A stretch of DNA of 51,077 nt from the sequence record ON528718. The stretch is one strand, 5' to 3'. The DNA is from Shigella phage ESh4. Each line of letters starts with the position of its first letter. Within the stretch, counting starts at the first letter, position 1. Of the stretch, positions 26,966 to 37,078 are shown piece by piece. The position numbers and the translations under genes are program-made. Below the pieces are notes generated by a model that saw only the letters and a list, made by a program, of their open reading frames with translations, ran no database searches and was not told where the DNA came from.

Positions 26966-26989
26966 CAAAAAAAGGGGCGCAACGCCCCT
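26966..26989 (-). terminator. intrinsic terminator after major tail protein gene
   Basis: GGGGCG-CAAC-GCCCC followed on minus strand by TTTTTTT. Confidence 0.7.
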
Positions 26990-26994
26990 TGTGA

Positions 26995-27657
26995 TTATGC
27001 TACTTGAGAAGGTAGGAAGGTGAATCGACCTTTCAGGGATACAGACAGGGAAACAGTTTCCATTTCGTTAACGGTCGTTTGTGGGATCTCGTTAAACGAA
27101 AGGACACCAGCCCAGCAACGCATTTCTTTTGCTTTTGGTACATACATGCGAAGCGCCGTTACAGCGCCTGACTCATCTGCTGAACGCAATAGCGGATAGA
27201 TCGCGTTATCGTATTCGTGCGCAAAAGTGTAGGTAAGAGAAACGGCGCTCTTATAGGTAGGTAACTGCTGTTCCTGGTCGTCTGCCAAACACTGATAAGT
27301 ATAGTATTGCTGTTCGCCGCCGTCCTGCGACAAATCCTGAACGCAAGGGATCTCAGTCCATGCATCAATCTTGGCAAAAGATGCAGTGCCGCCAGTCGGG
27401 AACACGTTCTGATCGGTAGTATCAACACCCTCAAGAGTCACGCTTGTTTCTTCACCGTCAGCCTTTACACGCATAACACGATCAATCAGCTTGCCCCAGG
27501 AGGACGCAGTGATGATTACATAATCGCCTTTCTTGTACGCAGTGCCACCAGATGCAACAGTGAAAACGGGATCTTTAGCGTTTGACACTGCGGTTGCTTG
27601 GATTTCGCTGCCGCGATTGCTCTCAACGAAAATTTGCGATCCATTTGGTAAATGCAT
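26995..27657 (-). CDS. major tail protein (gpV-like)
   Basis: 220 aa ORF upstream of G/GT with its own terminator; AAGGAG RBS. Confidence 0.7.
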   Translation of the reverse strand: MHLPNGSQIFVESNRGSEIQATAVSNAKDPVFTVASGGTAYKKGDYVIITASSWGKLIDRVMRVKADGEETSVTLEGVDTTDQNVFPTGGTASFAKIDAWTEIPCVQDLSQDGGEQQYYTYQCLADDQEQQLPTYKSAVSLTYTFAHEYDNAIYPLLRSADESGAVTALRMYVPKAKEMRCWAGVLSFNEIPQTTVNEMETVSLSVSLKGRFTFLPSQVA

Positions 27658-27662
27658 AATTT

Positions 27663-28061
27663 TTACTCCTTTGTTTCAATTCTAACATAAAATCTTATTG
27701 GGAGAAGCCATCCGCTTTCACTCTTGAGCGGCTTGTGAACTCTTGCACCCTCATATATATAACCATGCTCCAACATTTTACCATCGTAAAAGAATTGCGC
27801 AATCTCTTTAGCGAGCACACGCGGTCTGTCAGTTCCGTAACCTGGCGGGAACACAATGCCAACCTGAATCATTCCGATATAGGAAACACATTTGCGATCC
27901 AATGACAAGTATTCTGTGTCAACTTCGGTATAGTCAAATTTCAACCACGGCGAACCGTCACCAGGTGGAGTAAACTCTACGTTTTCATAAGCGATCATGA
28001 ATCTGTTCTCGTATTCAGTCGCCAGCGCCTTACGCGCCGATAGCATTAATTCATAGTGCAT
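27663..28061 (-). CDS. tail terminator protein (gpU-like)
   Basis: Position immediately upstream of major tail gene; 132 aa. Confidence 0.5.
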   Translation of the reverse strand: MHYELMLSARKALATEYENRFMIAYENVEFTPPGDGSPWLKFDYTEVDTEYLSLDRKCVSYIGMIQVGIVFPPGYGTDRPRVLAKEIAQFFYDGKMLEHGYIYEGARVHKPLKSESGWLLPIRFYVRIETKE

Positions 28062-28494
28062 TTTTTGCCCTCGACTCTTTTATTGCCTCAGCCATATAAG
28101 ATCTCAACTTAACCGCTACAATCCCAAGCACACCCGCTGGCGCTTGTTTTGAATGACCGTATTCAAGCGCATTAGCGTAAATAAGCATATTTGAAAAATA
28201 AATAGCCCTTACCGCTCCGCCACCTCTCAATATTGCGTATATAGCTCTCTTACCTTCCGCGATCGTTTTGTCGCCGTGCTTATCGTACTGGTTAAGAGCA
28301 TGCAATGGCGGCTTATTTGCTGTTACCTGCCAGTTTCCACGGTAACGACCAGTATCTACCGGAGAACGCTTAACCAAATCTGTGTGTACTTTTTCTGCGA
28401 ATAACTCCATGCAATCTTTTAGTCCACTATCAACGGCGTTTATCCACGCATCAATGTTGCCGTGAAATTCCCTTATCGTGTAGTTTTTAGCCAT
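28051..28494 (-). CDS. head-tail joining protein (HK97 gp10-like)
   Basis: DTGRYRGNW motif region and position in neck module. Confidence 0.5.
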   Translation of the reverse strand: MAKNYTIREFHGNIDAWINAVDSGLKDCMELFAEKVHTDLVKRSPVDTGRYRGNWQVTANKPPLHALNQYDKHGDKTIAEGKRAIYAILRGGGAVRAIYFSNMLIYANALEYGHSKQAPAGVLGIVAVKLRSYMAEAIKESRAKNAL

Positions 28495-28858
28495 GCACAG
28501 AAATCCTTCTCAAAACAGGCCGATAAGCAACAGTGACATTGGTTTGCCTGATTGGCCTTGCTTCAACTACAACATATAATTCACCATCAACATCAATATG
28601 ATACCCGCTCTTAATTTCAACTTTATTGTTAAAAACTCCCAACTTATCTGTTACTCGTATTGTCTCGCCGTCAACCTCTCGGACTTTTGGGGATCGAATT
28701 AAACCCTTAATCATTACACTAATCTCTGGCTTTTCTACTTCTTCGCCTCCGATGATTTCAACGCTTCCACGCTGCGTTATGCACTTAAACTCACCGTTGC
28801 TATCACTAAATAAGTTAATTCCTTCGGTTGCCATTCTTGCGATCTCGTTATAGTTCAT
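28487..28858 (-). CDS. head-tail adaptor / head closure protein
   Basis: Position and size (123 aa) in neck module. Confidence 0.45.
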   Translation of the reverse strand: MNYNEIARMATEGINLFSDSNGEFKCITQRGSVEIIGGEEVEKPEISVMIKGLIRSPKVREVDGETIRVTDKLGVFNNKVEIKSGYHIDVDGELYVVVEARPIRQTNVTVAYRPVLRRISVHG

Positions 28859-29271
28859 TTGCAGCGCCTCCGAAATCCAGTCACAAGGCCAAATCCACCG
28901 CCTTTCTTACGATTTAGCGTTTCGTACATTTTCCCCCATGGAGTTTGTCTAATCTCTTTTCCGCCAGAGTCGCCTGACACTCGATCAAAAGTCTGGCTAA
29001 ATTCACCAGTCAGGGAAAATGACGCAACTCGCCTAGAGTAACTTTCTACGCTTTCCCCTTCTTGCTTCATGGCTCCATCAAGCGTCATAAGGTGCAACGT
29101 ATAAAGAGCAACCGCTTTAGGATATGACTCTTTAAACCGCTTCTTGCAAACAAATTCCTTTGCAAGCTCAATCCATGCCACCATTAAATCTGGATCAATC
29201 TGCTTCATCGGTGGCGCTAATTTCACGATTTGCTGCGTGATTTCTGCGTCAGTGAAAAATTCATCAACCAT
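28855..29271 (-). CDS. head-tail connector protein
   Basis: Position in neck module, overlapping start/stop with neighbours. Confidence 0.45.
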   Translation of the reverse strand: MVDEFFTDAEITQQIVKLAPPMKQIDPDLMVAWIELAKEFVCKKRFKESYPKAVALYTLHLMTLDGAMKQEGESVESYSRRVASFSLTGEFSQTFDRVSGDSGGKEIRQTPWGKMYETLNRKKGGGFGLVTGFRRRCK

Positions 29272-29318
29272 TTTGTTTCCTCCAGATATGACAAAGGGCG
29301 CTTATAGCGCCCTCTTTA

Positions 29319-29591
29319 TTAATAGATGCCGCCGTCTTCAAGTTCGGCTTTGCTCTTGCCCTCTCGCGGGTCTTTTTTACGTTTGCTTGCTGCGCTCTGT
29401 TTGATTTCTTCGTTCAATGCGGAGTTATCTTTGACCTCCAGATCGCCTTTTGCAATTAGATATTCAAACGCGCTTGTTTTCAACTTTGATTCTTCTACGT
29501 CAAACTCTTTGCCTGGATGATAATGCTCACCATCAACAATGATAAGGCATACGCCGGAAACCTTTAGCGTTACAGTTTTTTCTTTAGCCAT
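29319..29591 (-). CDS. hypothetical protein (90 aa)
   Basis: ORF with GGAGG RBS directly after capsid terminator. Confidence 0.5.
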   Translation of the reverse strand: MAKEKTVTLKVSGVCLIIVDGEHYHPGKEFDVEESKLKTSAFEYLIAKGDLEVKDNSALNEEIKQSAASKRKKDPREGKSKAELEDGGIY

Positions 29592-29604
29592 TTCATAACC
29601 TCCA

Positions 29605-29634
29605 ATAAAAAAGGGAATCCAGTTAAGGATTCCC
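29605..29634 (-). terminator. intrinsic terminator after major capsid gene
   Basis: GGGGAATCC-TTAACT-GGATTCCC followed on minus strand by TTTTTTATTGG and RBS. Confidence 0.7.
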
Positions 29635-29647
29635 CAATGTTATACGA

Positions 29648-30622
29648 TTAACCTGATTTTTTCAAGCCAGTAATAAGCACTAGCGTAAACGGACGGTAAA
29701 TCGTCAGGCCAGTACATTTTGAAGTGCACGGAACTTTGAAATGCAGATCTTTTGGCTGCGCCGGAAGCATGTTAAATGCTTCTGGAATCTCGATCGACAT
29801 ATTCATTGGGTCTTTCTCATATACCAGGCAACCTTTAGTTCCAGCGCCATCAATATCCTCAAGCTCTGCGATTGAGTCGATGGTGATTCCGCTGTTTTGT
29901 TTCTGGAAGTATTCCAGATAACTTTCAGTGGTGTTTTCCATTCGAACGGAAAGAACCTTGCGCATAGACGGCGGAATCAGGATGTTGGTTGCTCGGTGCT
30001 GACCATTGGTGATGGTCTGAATGGTTTCAATAGCCTTTTCCAGTTCATCAGATGCTGCCTGCGGGAACTTAGTGTTTTCATCAGCACTTAACCAGCCAGT
30101 TGACACGATCTTTGTCAGGTTAGGGTGTTCAAACACCGAAAGAATCTTATGCGGCTTTGAACCCTTAAACACCAGGCGGTTAACCTCCTGATCATGAGCG
30201 TTTTGCGCTGCGTTTGCCTTGCGAGTGGAAAGGCTCTTACCAGTGCGCTGACCAGCCTTGATTTCGTCAATGGAGATCAAGAACGCGTTACCCAGGCGGA
30301 ATACTTTACCGAATTCGCTAGACATCAGCGCGTCAACGGTCGGCAGGTCGTCGGTGTAATCAGCGATAATTTTTGCGTAACCAACTTTGTCAAACATCTG
30401 ATATTCAAAAGTCTTATCAGTATCAGAAAGCTCATTAGTTACAGGGAATACACGAAGCGCTGAACCTGCCGGATATTCTTTCTCGTAAGCATTAGAGCGA
30501 ATCTTATGCAGTTCTTGAGCGGCCCAAATACCCATATCGGACGCATCACCTTTAACGCCGCGAGTAGCCAGATAGCTAGAAACAATATCCGCATCTAGCT
30601 GATCAAATTTTTCTTTTTCCAT
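29648..30622 (-). CDS. major capsid protein
   Basis: 324 aa, flanked by strong promoter-like sequence upstream and terminator downstream; T1-type capsid gene position. Confidence 0.75.
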   Translation of the reverse strand: MEKEKFDQLDADIVSSYLATRGVKGDASDMGIWAAQELHKIRSNAYEKEYPAGSALRVFPVTNELSDTDKTFEYQMFDKVGYAKIIADYTDDLPTVDALMSSEFGKVFRLGNAFLISIDEIKAGQRTGKSLSTRKANAAQNAHDQEVNRLVFKGSKPHKILSVFEHPNLTKIVSTGWLSADENTKFPQAASDELEKAIETIQTITNGQHRATNILIPPSMRKVLSVRMENTTESYLEYFQKQNSGITIDSIAELEDIDGAGTKGCLVYEKDPMNMSIEIPEAFNMLPAQPKDLHFKVPCTSKCTGLTIYRPFTLVLITGLKKSG

Positions 30623-30665
30623 TTTCTTCCTCCATATATAAAGGTCGTTAGTATGTAACGGACCA

Positions 30666-30693
30666 ATGATAGCATTTTTTGTTAAACGTGCAA
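30666..30693 (-). promoter_or_regulatory. sigma70-like promoter for major capsid gene (TTGCAC-16-TATCAT)
   Basis: Built from an inverted copy of the conserved element (plus 30669-30687). Confidence 0.45.
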
Positions 30694-30705
30694 CATAATT
30701 TTGTG

Positions 30706-31140
30706 TTATGGGTCAATGCTTACCCCGACAATATATGAATCATGATCAACCTTTACATGTTCGCCAGTAAATATCCAACCAATCAGCAAGTCGCCTTCAC
30801 TGTATGCCACATCTCCATCTTGCGTTACAAATACTTTATCTCCATATTCTGGCGCTTCGCTCTCAGAAGTTAAGCACCAAACATTACCACGACTAACCAC
30901 ATTAACTGGATCGCCCTCCTCATATATGCACGAGTCCGGCGGCCTTACTGCCACTCCAATAACCAGATCACCATTAACACTGACTATTTTATATCCGCTT
31001 GATATATATGATAACCTTACAATCTTACCTGGTGAAATAAACTCGTCTCCACATACAAAAGAACCATTAATCACCATTATTGAAGAATCAACCATGCATC
31101 CTGGCGACTCAGCGCCAACAATGACTGAATAATCACTCAT
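30706..31140 (-). CDS. capsid-associated protein, paralog A (decoration-like)
   Basis: Shares motifs with 31186-31698 (GVAV..., E.G...NV...G.VW.L....AP.[FY]G); same module. Confidence 0.5.
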   Translation of the reverse strand: MSDYSVIVGAESPGCMVDSSIMVINGSFVCGDEFISPGKIVRLSYISSGYKIVSVNGDLVIGVAVRPPDSCIYEEGDPVNVVSRGNVWCLTSESEAPEYGDKVFVTQDGDVAYSEGDLLIGWIFTGEHVKVDHDSYIVGVSIDP

Positions 31141-31154
31141 GAGAACTCCAAATA

Positions 31155-31178
31155 TAAAAAAGGCGCTCAGTGAGCGCC
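31155..31178 (-). terminator. intrinsic terminator
   Basis: GGCGCTC-ACT-GAGCGCC followed on minus strand by TTTTTTATATTTGGAG. Confidence 0.65.
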
Positions 31179-31185
31179 ATATTTA

Positions 31186-31698
31186 TTAACCTGCTGAAAC
31201 TGCCGGAACTTTTTGCACCTGAACCTCTACCAGCTTCAAGTCTTGAAACTTGGTGAAATCACCAGTCGCGATCCAGTTTGTTTCGATAGTGCCAGACGTG
31301 GTATCAACCTGACCATCATCAGACAGTTTGATTGTAGTGCCGAACGCTGGCGCGGAAGCGTCTTTAGCCAGCATCCAAACACGCCCTTCAGTCATTACGT
31401 TGATTCCGCCGCCAGATTCATAAATCATTCGACCGTCAGACGAAGTTGTCTGAAAGTGAGATCGAATTGCAACGCCGTAAGCCTTGCCGCTTGCCGCCAT
31501 CGGCTTAATTAGCTTATTGCCCATAGCGTCAACTCCGCCATGCTGGACCGCCACACCAACAAAAACAGACTGATTCTGATTGCCTGCCGCATTCTCAAGA
31601 ACACAAGCGCCATCAATATTATAAGCTGAAGTGTCAGAAACCTGACCAGGTAACGCACGAGACATTACAGCAAAATAACTTGCTCCAATTGTAGCCAT
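31186..31698 (-). CDS. capsid-associated protein, paralog B (decoration-like)
   Basis: Paralogous to 30706-31140; followed by terminator. Confidence 0.5.
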   Translation of the reverse strand: MATIGASYFAVMSRALPGQVSDTSAYNIDGACVLENAAGNQNQSVFVGVAVQHGGVDAMGNKLIKPMAASGKAYGVAIRSHFQTTSSDGRMIYESGGGINVMTEGRVWMLAKDASAPAFGTTIKLSDDGQVDTTSGTIETNWIATGDFTKFQDLKLVEVQVQKVPAVSAG

Positions 31699-31710
31699 GT
31701 TTATTTCTCC

Positions 31711-32823
31711 TTATTTAAGTTTTTTCAAACGCGCAGTCGGATCAAGGGAGTCGGTTTTTTCACTCTTGCCAGATTCGAAAGAGTCGCCCTTAACAGATTT
31801 ACGCTGCGCCGCCATTTTATCAGACTGCTTCGCAAGGTCAAAAGCTGTTTCAATATATGCATCGGCTTTTTCTGAAATATCAGCGCCAGTGACTTCTTTG
31901 ACGTAAGCAACCTTAATCGCTTTAGCGTCCAAGCCGTCACACTTGATGCCAATTTCAGTTGCATCTGCAACCAGCTTGGCGTGTTCTTCTGCGTCAGTCT
32001 TCGCCTTCTTAACAGCTTCTGCAATCTGCGCCGGAATGCCATCGACTTTAGTTTTCAGGGCGTCGCGCTCTGCCTCAAGGCCATCAGCTTTTTCGGTTGC
32101 AGCTTTTGCATCTGCCTTTAACGCCTCAATATGATCAGCAACGGCCTTTGGAACATCAAATTCTACCGCGCCATCAAGTTTAATTTTTACTGTCATTTCC
32201 TCATCTCCTTTGTCATTTAGAACCTCGTCACTATACGGAAAATCTTGTTCACTATCAAGATTTAATTTGGCAATGCCAGCACGACCACGAAAGACAAGTG
32301 CAATGTGATTAACACGGATATTCGTCTGAATGGCGTCAAATTTAACCCAATCAGGAGAATCTGGATTCCAGTCTTCCTTGAGATCTTCCTCAAACAAGTA
32401 ATCACCGGTTTTATTATTACCCCAGCCTGGCTTGTCAATATCAACCGATGTGTAACCAACTGAAATTTCCGCCGTGTCTTTCTTTTTTGCGCTCTCAATT
32501 GCTCGCTTTGAGTAAATGCTTAACGGAACTTCAACGCCAATCCCATTTGGAACACCAGCGCCAGCGCATGAACCAACAACAACCTGATCCGCATTATCTG
32601 GCGTCACTGTGACGTGACCGATAGTGATTGGCTTGCCTGCGAACGTAGCAAGCGAATCAGCCTTAAACACTTCTGACGCTGGTCGGAACTCTCGTCTGAT
32701 TCCATACGGCGTGCGGTACTCCTGCAAGCCAATTCGCGCCACAATTGGGCGATCCACTAAAAATCCATTATCATCAAAATGCGCCTTAACTTGGACGCTA
32801 TCAAATCTTTGTTTTGCCTTCAT
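31711..32823 (-). CDS. head scaffolding protein (possibly with N-terminal protease-like domain)
   Basis: C-terminal half Ala/Lys/Glu/Asp-rich coiled coil; position between minor head and capsid genes. Confidence 0.5.
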   Translation of the reverse strand: MKAKQRFDSVQVKAHFDDNGFLVDRPIVARIGLQEYRTPYGIRREFRPASEVFKADSLATFAGKPITIGHVTVTPDNADQVVVGSCAGAGVPNGIGVEVPLSIYSKRAIESAKKKDTAEISVGYTSVDIDKPGWGNNKTGDYLFEEDLKEDWNPDSPDWVKFDAIQTNIRVNHIALVFRGRAGIAKLNLDSEQDFPYSDEVLNDKGDEEMTVKIKLDGAVEFDVPKAVADHIEALKADAKAATEKADGLEAERDALKTKVDGIPAQIAEAVKKAKTDAEEHAKLVADATEIGIKCDGLDAKAIKVAYVKEVTGADISEKADAYIETAFDLAKQSDKMAAQRKSVKGDSFESGKSEKTDSLDPTARLKKLK

Positions 32824-32826
32824 TAA

Positions 32827-33591
32827 TTACTCTCCTTTATTATTCCAATCTGGAATCGCCCAGCAACGGCAACCCCACGGCTCACCAGGGAAATCATGAA
32901 TTGCATCAAGCGCTATTCTTTTACCTTCCCATAATACATGCTGCAATCGCTCTCTATCATCTAACATCCCATGCCAGAAATAATGAGTCACCTTAGCATC
33001 ATAAAGGCGCTGGCGCATCAGGCGACTATTCCACGCGCCGATAATGTTTTCTGATCTAGTTTTACCCCAGGAGCTATAAACAGCAAATCTCTTTTCTGCA
33101 AGATCATTAACCTGTTTATCATTGCTTCCGCGAAAGTTTGCATTGCGAATGTTTGTTGACCAGTCAGAAACAATGTTTGTGAATAACTTCCTTAGCGATG
33201 ATTCTGTAAGGCCGTGCCATTGACCGTAAAGCGTCTGATACCACTCCTCGTTAGCGTTAGCGCCAACCGCGATCAAAACAATTACCGCCGTATTATTCTT
33301 TCCGCCAGTTGACTTGGCAACATTTATGAACTGCTTCGCATTGAATTTATAAATGGTCAACGCGATTGCAGGAAGAGTTGAAACAATGCCAGCTATAAGG
33401 TCAGTTGCCAGACTGTTAATTTCATCTTCTGCGCTGTTGATCTCATTATCTGTTGCGTCAAACTTCATCGCCTTTGTTCGCTTGCGCATGAGAACCACAA
33501 GATCTCTAATTGCCTCCTGAATTGAGCGGCTAAATTGCCGCTCGCTTGCTTCAGGAAAGCGCCATTGTTTAACGACGCCCTTCACTTTCAT
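32827..33591 (-). CDS. minor head protein (Mu F-like / SPP1 gp7-like)
   Basis: WHGMLDDRERLQH...CRCW motif region; directly downstream of portal. Confidence 0.65.
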   Translation of the reverse strand: MKVKGVVKQWRFPEASERQFSRSIQEAIRDLVVLMRKRTKAMKFDATDNEINSAEDEINSLATDLIAGIVSTLPAIALTIYKFNAKQFINVAKSTGGKNNTAVIVLIAVGANANEEWYQTLYGQWHGLTESSLRKLFTNIVSDWSTNIRNANFRGSNDKQVNDLAEKRFAVYSSWGKTRSENIIGAWNSRLMRQRLYDAKVTHYFWHGMLDDRERLQHVLWEGKRIALDAIHDFPGEPWGCRCWAIPDWNNKGE

Positions 33592-34871
33592 TACTCATTC
33601 CCCTGTGTGCCTGGCTCCGGCTCAGTTGGCTCCGGCAGCTTGATTTTATTAGTGTCCTTTAGTTTAACGCTTGGGGCGATTGCTCGCAACGTGTCTCGCG
33701 CTTCTTCAACATCAAGGAACTGACCATCAATAGCCTTGCTGATTGAGTCGATATTCTTATTCAGAATTTCAGCCTGATCTTTATCGCTAGGCACGCTCAA
33801 AGGTGAAAACTCAATGCTCCACTCCTGCTCACTAATGATGAACGGCAATAGAAATTCAAGGATGGGCTTGTAATCCTCGACGCGTTTTCGCTCAATAAGT
33901 TTATAGAATGTTTCAAGCGCCGTGTTTTGGCTTGCGCTAACGCCGCCAACGTTTTTATTTTTCAGGATGATTTCATGAATACCTGAAAGGGAAACGATGC
34001 GATCCATTTTCTTTTCCAGAAAAGAATCAACGCCGCTAATGTCAGAATTAAGAACATCATATTCCTCATCCTCAGCATCAATACCAATTGCTTTTCCAAC
34101 ACCGCCCTCGTCGTCAACCTGCGCAAGTCTCAGGCGTGCCGCGCTAACACCTTCCTCATCATCGCACAAGTCAGCGAGTCCTTTAGCTTTCCATACTGCC
34201 TGTTGCTTCCGCCGCAATAATTGCGTTGCCAATGTTTCACAATAATTATAATCAACAATAGCCTCAACAAGTCTCTTGTTAAGAACTGACTCACCCCAGC
34301 CATCATTGCTGCGTCGCTTTGCGTTAGGTATCCGCTCACCGTCAATAATGCAAACGCGCGTATAGTGTACTTGGTATTCCGGCAAGTCTCCGCCTGGCGT
34401 TACAGTGTAAAGCACTGGCTCACCATAGCGAACCTTGCGGGGATTAGTTTCGCGCGCTTCAACGCGAATCTGATAACGATCATAAACGCGCACATCTTCC
34501 AGCATGGCACCAGGCTTTACAGGTGATTTGAGCGCTCGCCCATCCTGAACAAGAGCAATGATTGCAGATCCACCAAACAAACGCGACCAACAAAGCGCAT
34601 CAATAATTTTTGCATTGAGTCGCTTCTCATCCCACAAAGAACGGAATGCTGCCTCGTCTGCCACGCCGTCAACAGTAAAGCCAGGGGAAACCATTTCCTC
34701 TGGTACTACGTCAATAATCCTTTTTGCCAGACCATCTTTTTCGTAAAAGTCAGCGAGTGTCTTGTATGGCATTGATTGCATGTAGAATGGTTGCTCTACT
34801 CGCGATTTGCAATTCTCGCCTTTAAAGATCTCATTATAGCCGTCAGCCTTAACGATTCGTGATTTACTCAT
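33591..34871 (-). CDS. portal protein
   Basis: 426 aa, acidic C-terminal region, position directly after TerL. Confidence 0.75.
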   Translation of the reverse strand: MSKSRIVKADGYNEIFKGENCKSRVEQPFYMQSMPYKTLADFYEKDGLAKRIIDVVPEEMVSPGFTVDGVADEAAFRSLWDEKRLNAKIIDALCWSRLFGGSAIIALVQDGRALKSPVKPGAMLEDVRVYDRYQIRVEARETNPRKVRYGEPVLYTVTPGGDLPEYQVHYTRVCIIDGERIPNAKRRSNDGWGESVLNKRLVEAIVDYNYCETLATQLLRRKQQAVWKAKGLADLCDDEEGVSAARLRLAQVDDEGGVGKAIGIDAEDEEYDVLNSDISGVDSFLEKKMDRIVSLSGIHEIILKNKNVGGVSASQNTALETFYKLIERKRVEDYKPILEFLLPFIISEQEWSIEFSPLSVPSDKDQAEILNKNIDSISKAIDGQFLDVEEARDTLRAIAPSVKLKDTNKIKLPEPTEPEPGTQGNE

Positions 34872-34884
34872 TATCTTTCCTCCA

Positions 34885-34909
34885 ATAAAAAAGGCTGGAT
34901 TTACCAGCC
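34885..34909 (-). terminator. hairpin-Trun attenuator between TerL and portal
   Basis: GGCTGG-TAAAT-CCAGCC followed on minus strand by TTTTTTATTGGAGG. Confidence 0.6.
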
Positions 34910-34939
34910 TTTGATTATATATTGGTTTGTCGATTCGTG

Positions 34940-36508
34940 CTATTTGTTCCGCAAACCTGCCAATTTTTTCATTCTTCCTACCGGATCATCTGCCATGTTC
35001 ATTTCAATGTTAACAGCATCAATGATGTTATCAACAATATCATCATGAGGATGGCTATCATCGAATGTAAACGCCGCAACTTCAGCGAGAATCTCAGCCA
35101 GCATAGGATGAGATTCTGGAAGTGCCACGCGTCCGGCGCGCATTACTGGTGCTGCGTCCATTGCGCGAGTAACCTTGTCTTTATCTCGCTGAACTGGATT
35201 GATCTTGATCATGATTTTTTTCGCTGCGCTCTGAATCAAGCCAGTGCCAGATGACTTGTCTTCAACATGAATCCTTCGCAACGTTCCGCATTCTTTATTG
35301 CGCTTCCAGCACTGATTAACGAACGCAACAAAATTCGTCTCAAGGTCCGGTGCTTCCCATTTTCCGCGAACGCCATCAATGAAGTAGACACGATCTTTAT
35401 ACATCCCCCAATAACAGATCACGGAATAGTCGTTAAGCTCACCTGTTTTCTGCGCGGTATCAACCGTGATAAATGTATATTCAAAGCGATCCGGTTTTGG
35501 TAGTGTGCATTTCTCGCTGCTGCCGTAATACTGAAACCACTCTGTTTTAAACACGTTGCCGCCAAGCGCAACAGGCTGTTGCTGATACTGACTAGCGAAC
35601 GTGTACGGATCAGCATTTCGAAGTGCAAGTAATTCCTCCGCGCTTTCCTTAGCAGGCCAGAATGAATAATGAGCAACTCCATCAATCATCACTGGCTTAC
35701 TGGACAAAACATCGCGATCAAACTCAGGCTTTAACCAATCAGGAAGCGTTTCGCGATATTCCTTAGTAACTAGCGCCGGAATACTGACCACCTTAAACTG
35801 GATGCCGCCCATGCCGCCGTTTGTCATGAACCATGTTGAATCATTGACGTGTAGCCGTTGCTGGACCATTACGATTGGCGTTGTGTCCTTCATTCTACGC
35901 GATCGCACCGTGTTCTTTAGGCGCATGTGTCCGGCTTCGCGCTTCACCTTAGAAAGCATATCATCCGGTTTGTCTGGATCATCAAGAACCAGCATACCAG
36001 TAAATCCATCGTCCATGTAGCCGCCACGCAGACCAGTAACCTGACCACCGATAGAGCGCGAGTTAACTTGCAATTTAACCTTGCCACCATCGGTTACAAT
36101 TAAATCCTTTGCGCTCGCCTTCGCCAGTTTTCCAGGCCATAGCTCCTGCCATTCTGGAGAACCAATAATCTCTTTGATGCGGTTGCTATTCTGCTGGACA
36201 AGGCCATCACTAAACGAAAGATTAAGATTTCGCACCTTCTTACTTTTCAATGACGCATAAGGTGACATGTGGATCGAGAATATCTCTGTTTTACCGCTGC
36301 CTGGCGTTATGTTGAAAATTACGTTTTGTGACTCGCCTTTGATGATTTTTTCAACTTCGCTGCATAGGTAGCTGAAATGCCAGTTTCCTAAGAATTTCTG
36401 ACCTTGCAATAATTGAAACCAAATGCGGATCATCTTTTCGAATGAATATTCGCTCATTTCCTTAACGGCGCGTTTCTGCGCCGCTGTTAAGTCTTCCCAA
36501 ATCAGCAT
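34940..36508 (-). CDS. terL: terminase large subunit
   Basis: Walker A-like ITPGSGKT, Walker B-like LVLDDPD, C-terminal nuclease-like acidic residues; 522 aa. Confidence 0.85.
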   Translation of the reverse strand: MLIWEDLTAAQKRAVKEMSEYSFEKMIRIWFQLLQGQKFLGNWHFSYLCSEVEKIIKGESQNVIFNITPGSGKTEIFSIHMSPYASLKSKKVRNLNLSFSDGLVQQNSNRIKEIIGSPEWQELWPGKLAKASAKDLIVTDGGKVKLQVNSRSIGGQVTGLRGGYMDDGFTGMLVLDDPDKPDDMLSKVKREAGHMRLKNTVRSRRMKDTTPIVMVQQRLHVNDSTWFMTNGGMGGIQFKVVSIPALVTKEYRETLPDWLKPEFDRDVLSSKPVMIDGVAHYSFWPAKESAEELLALRNADPYTFASQYQQQPVALGGNVFKTEWFQYYGSSEKCTLPKPDRFEYTFITVDTAQKTGELNDYSVICYWGMYKDRVYFIDGVRGKWEAPDLETNFVAFVNQCWKRNKECGTLRRIHVEDKSSGTGLIQSAAKKIMIKINPVQRDKDKVTRAMDAAPVMRAGRVALPESHPMLAEILAEVAAFTFDDSHPHDDIVDNIIDAVNIEMNMADDPVGRMKKLAGLRNK

Positions 36509-37029
36509 TATATCTTCTCCAGAATGTCAATTACCGCCTCTTTGACTTCCTCCGCCGTTACAGCGTCAACGCTTGCGCTTGTATTATTCTCAATGGTAAC
36601 GGTAGCTGGCTTTTCAATGCCGATCTCTTTACCAATGAATCCGGCGTTAACAATATTGTTTGCAGCAAGCTGGAATTTTTGCTCGTAAACAACGCCGTCG
36701 ATAAAGTCCATAACCTCGCTGAATCCTGGCTCACGTCGCCATTTTTCAAGTACGGAAGCAGAAAGGCCAGCGAATAATCGGAATCCGTTTAAGGTGAACA
36801 CGCGCGGCTTGTAAATCTTGCTTTCGTATACGTCACCCTGAAAGGATGCCGTTTCCGCAGCCTGTATATGATTTTCCTCGGCCCACGTAAAGTAACGAAC
36901 AGCAAGATCAAATACCTGTTCCGGCGTGTACTTGTGCGCCTTTGTCATTTTTGCAATATCGCCATATTGCTTATTATATAGTTTTTTAAAATTGCAAGCC
37001 TTTACTGCTGGCTCAACGTTTTTAGCCAT
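36508..37029 (-). CDS. terminase small subunit (candidate)
   Basis: Gene immediately upstream of TerL; ATG at 37029 with AAGGAGGG RBS (track ORF extends to 37200). Confidence 0.55.
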   Translation of the reverse strand: MAKNVEPAVKACNFKKLYNKQYGDIAKMTKAHKYTPEQVFDLAVRYFTWAEENHIQAAETASFQGDVYESKIYKPRVFTLNGFRLFAGLSASVLEKWRREPGFSEVMDFIDGVVYEQKFQLAANNIVNAGFIGKEIGIEKPATVTIENNTSASVDAVTAEEVKEAVIDILEKI

Positions 37030-37058
37030 AATTCGCCCTCCTTTATAACAAAGCCTCA

Positions 37059-37064
37059 TTATAG
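37059..37064 (-). promoter_or_regulatory. -10-like TATAAT upstream of terminase genes
   Basis: TATAAT on minus strand between terminator 37079-37102 and TerS RBS; no clear -35. Confidence 0.3.
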
Positions 37065-37078
37065 ACAAATTGCAGACA

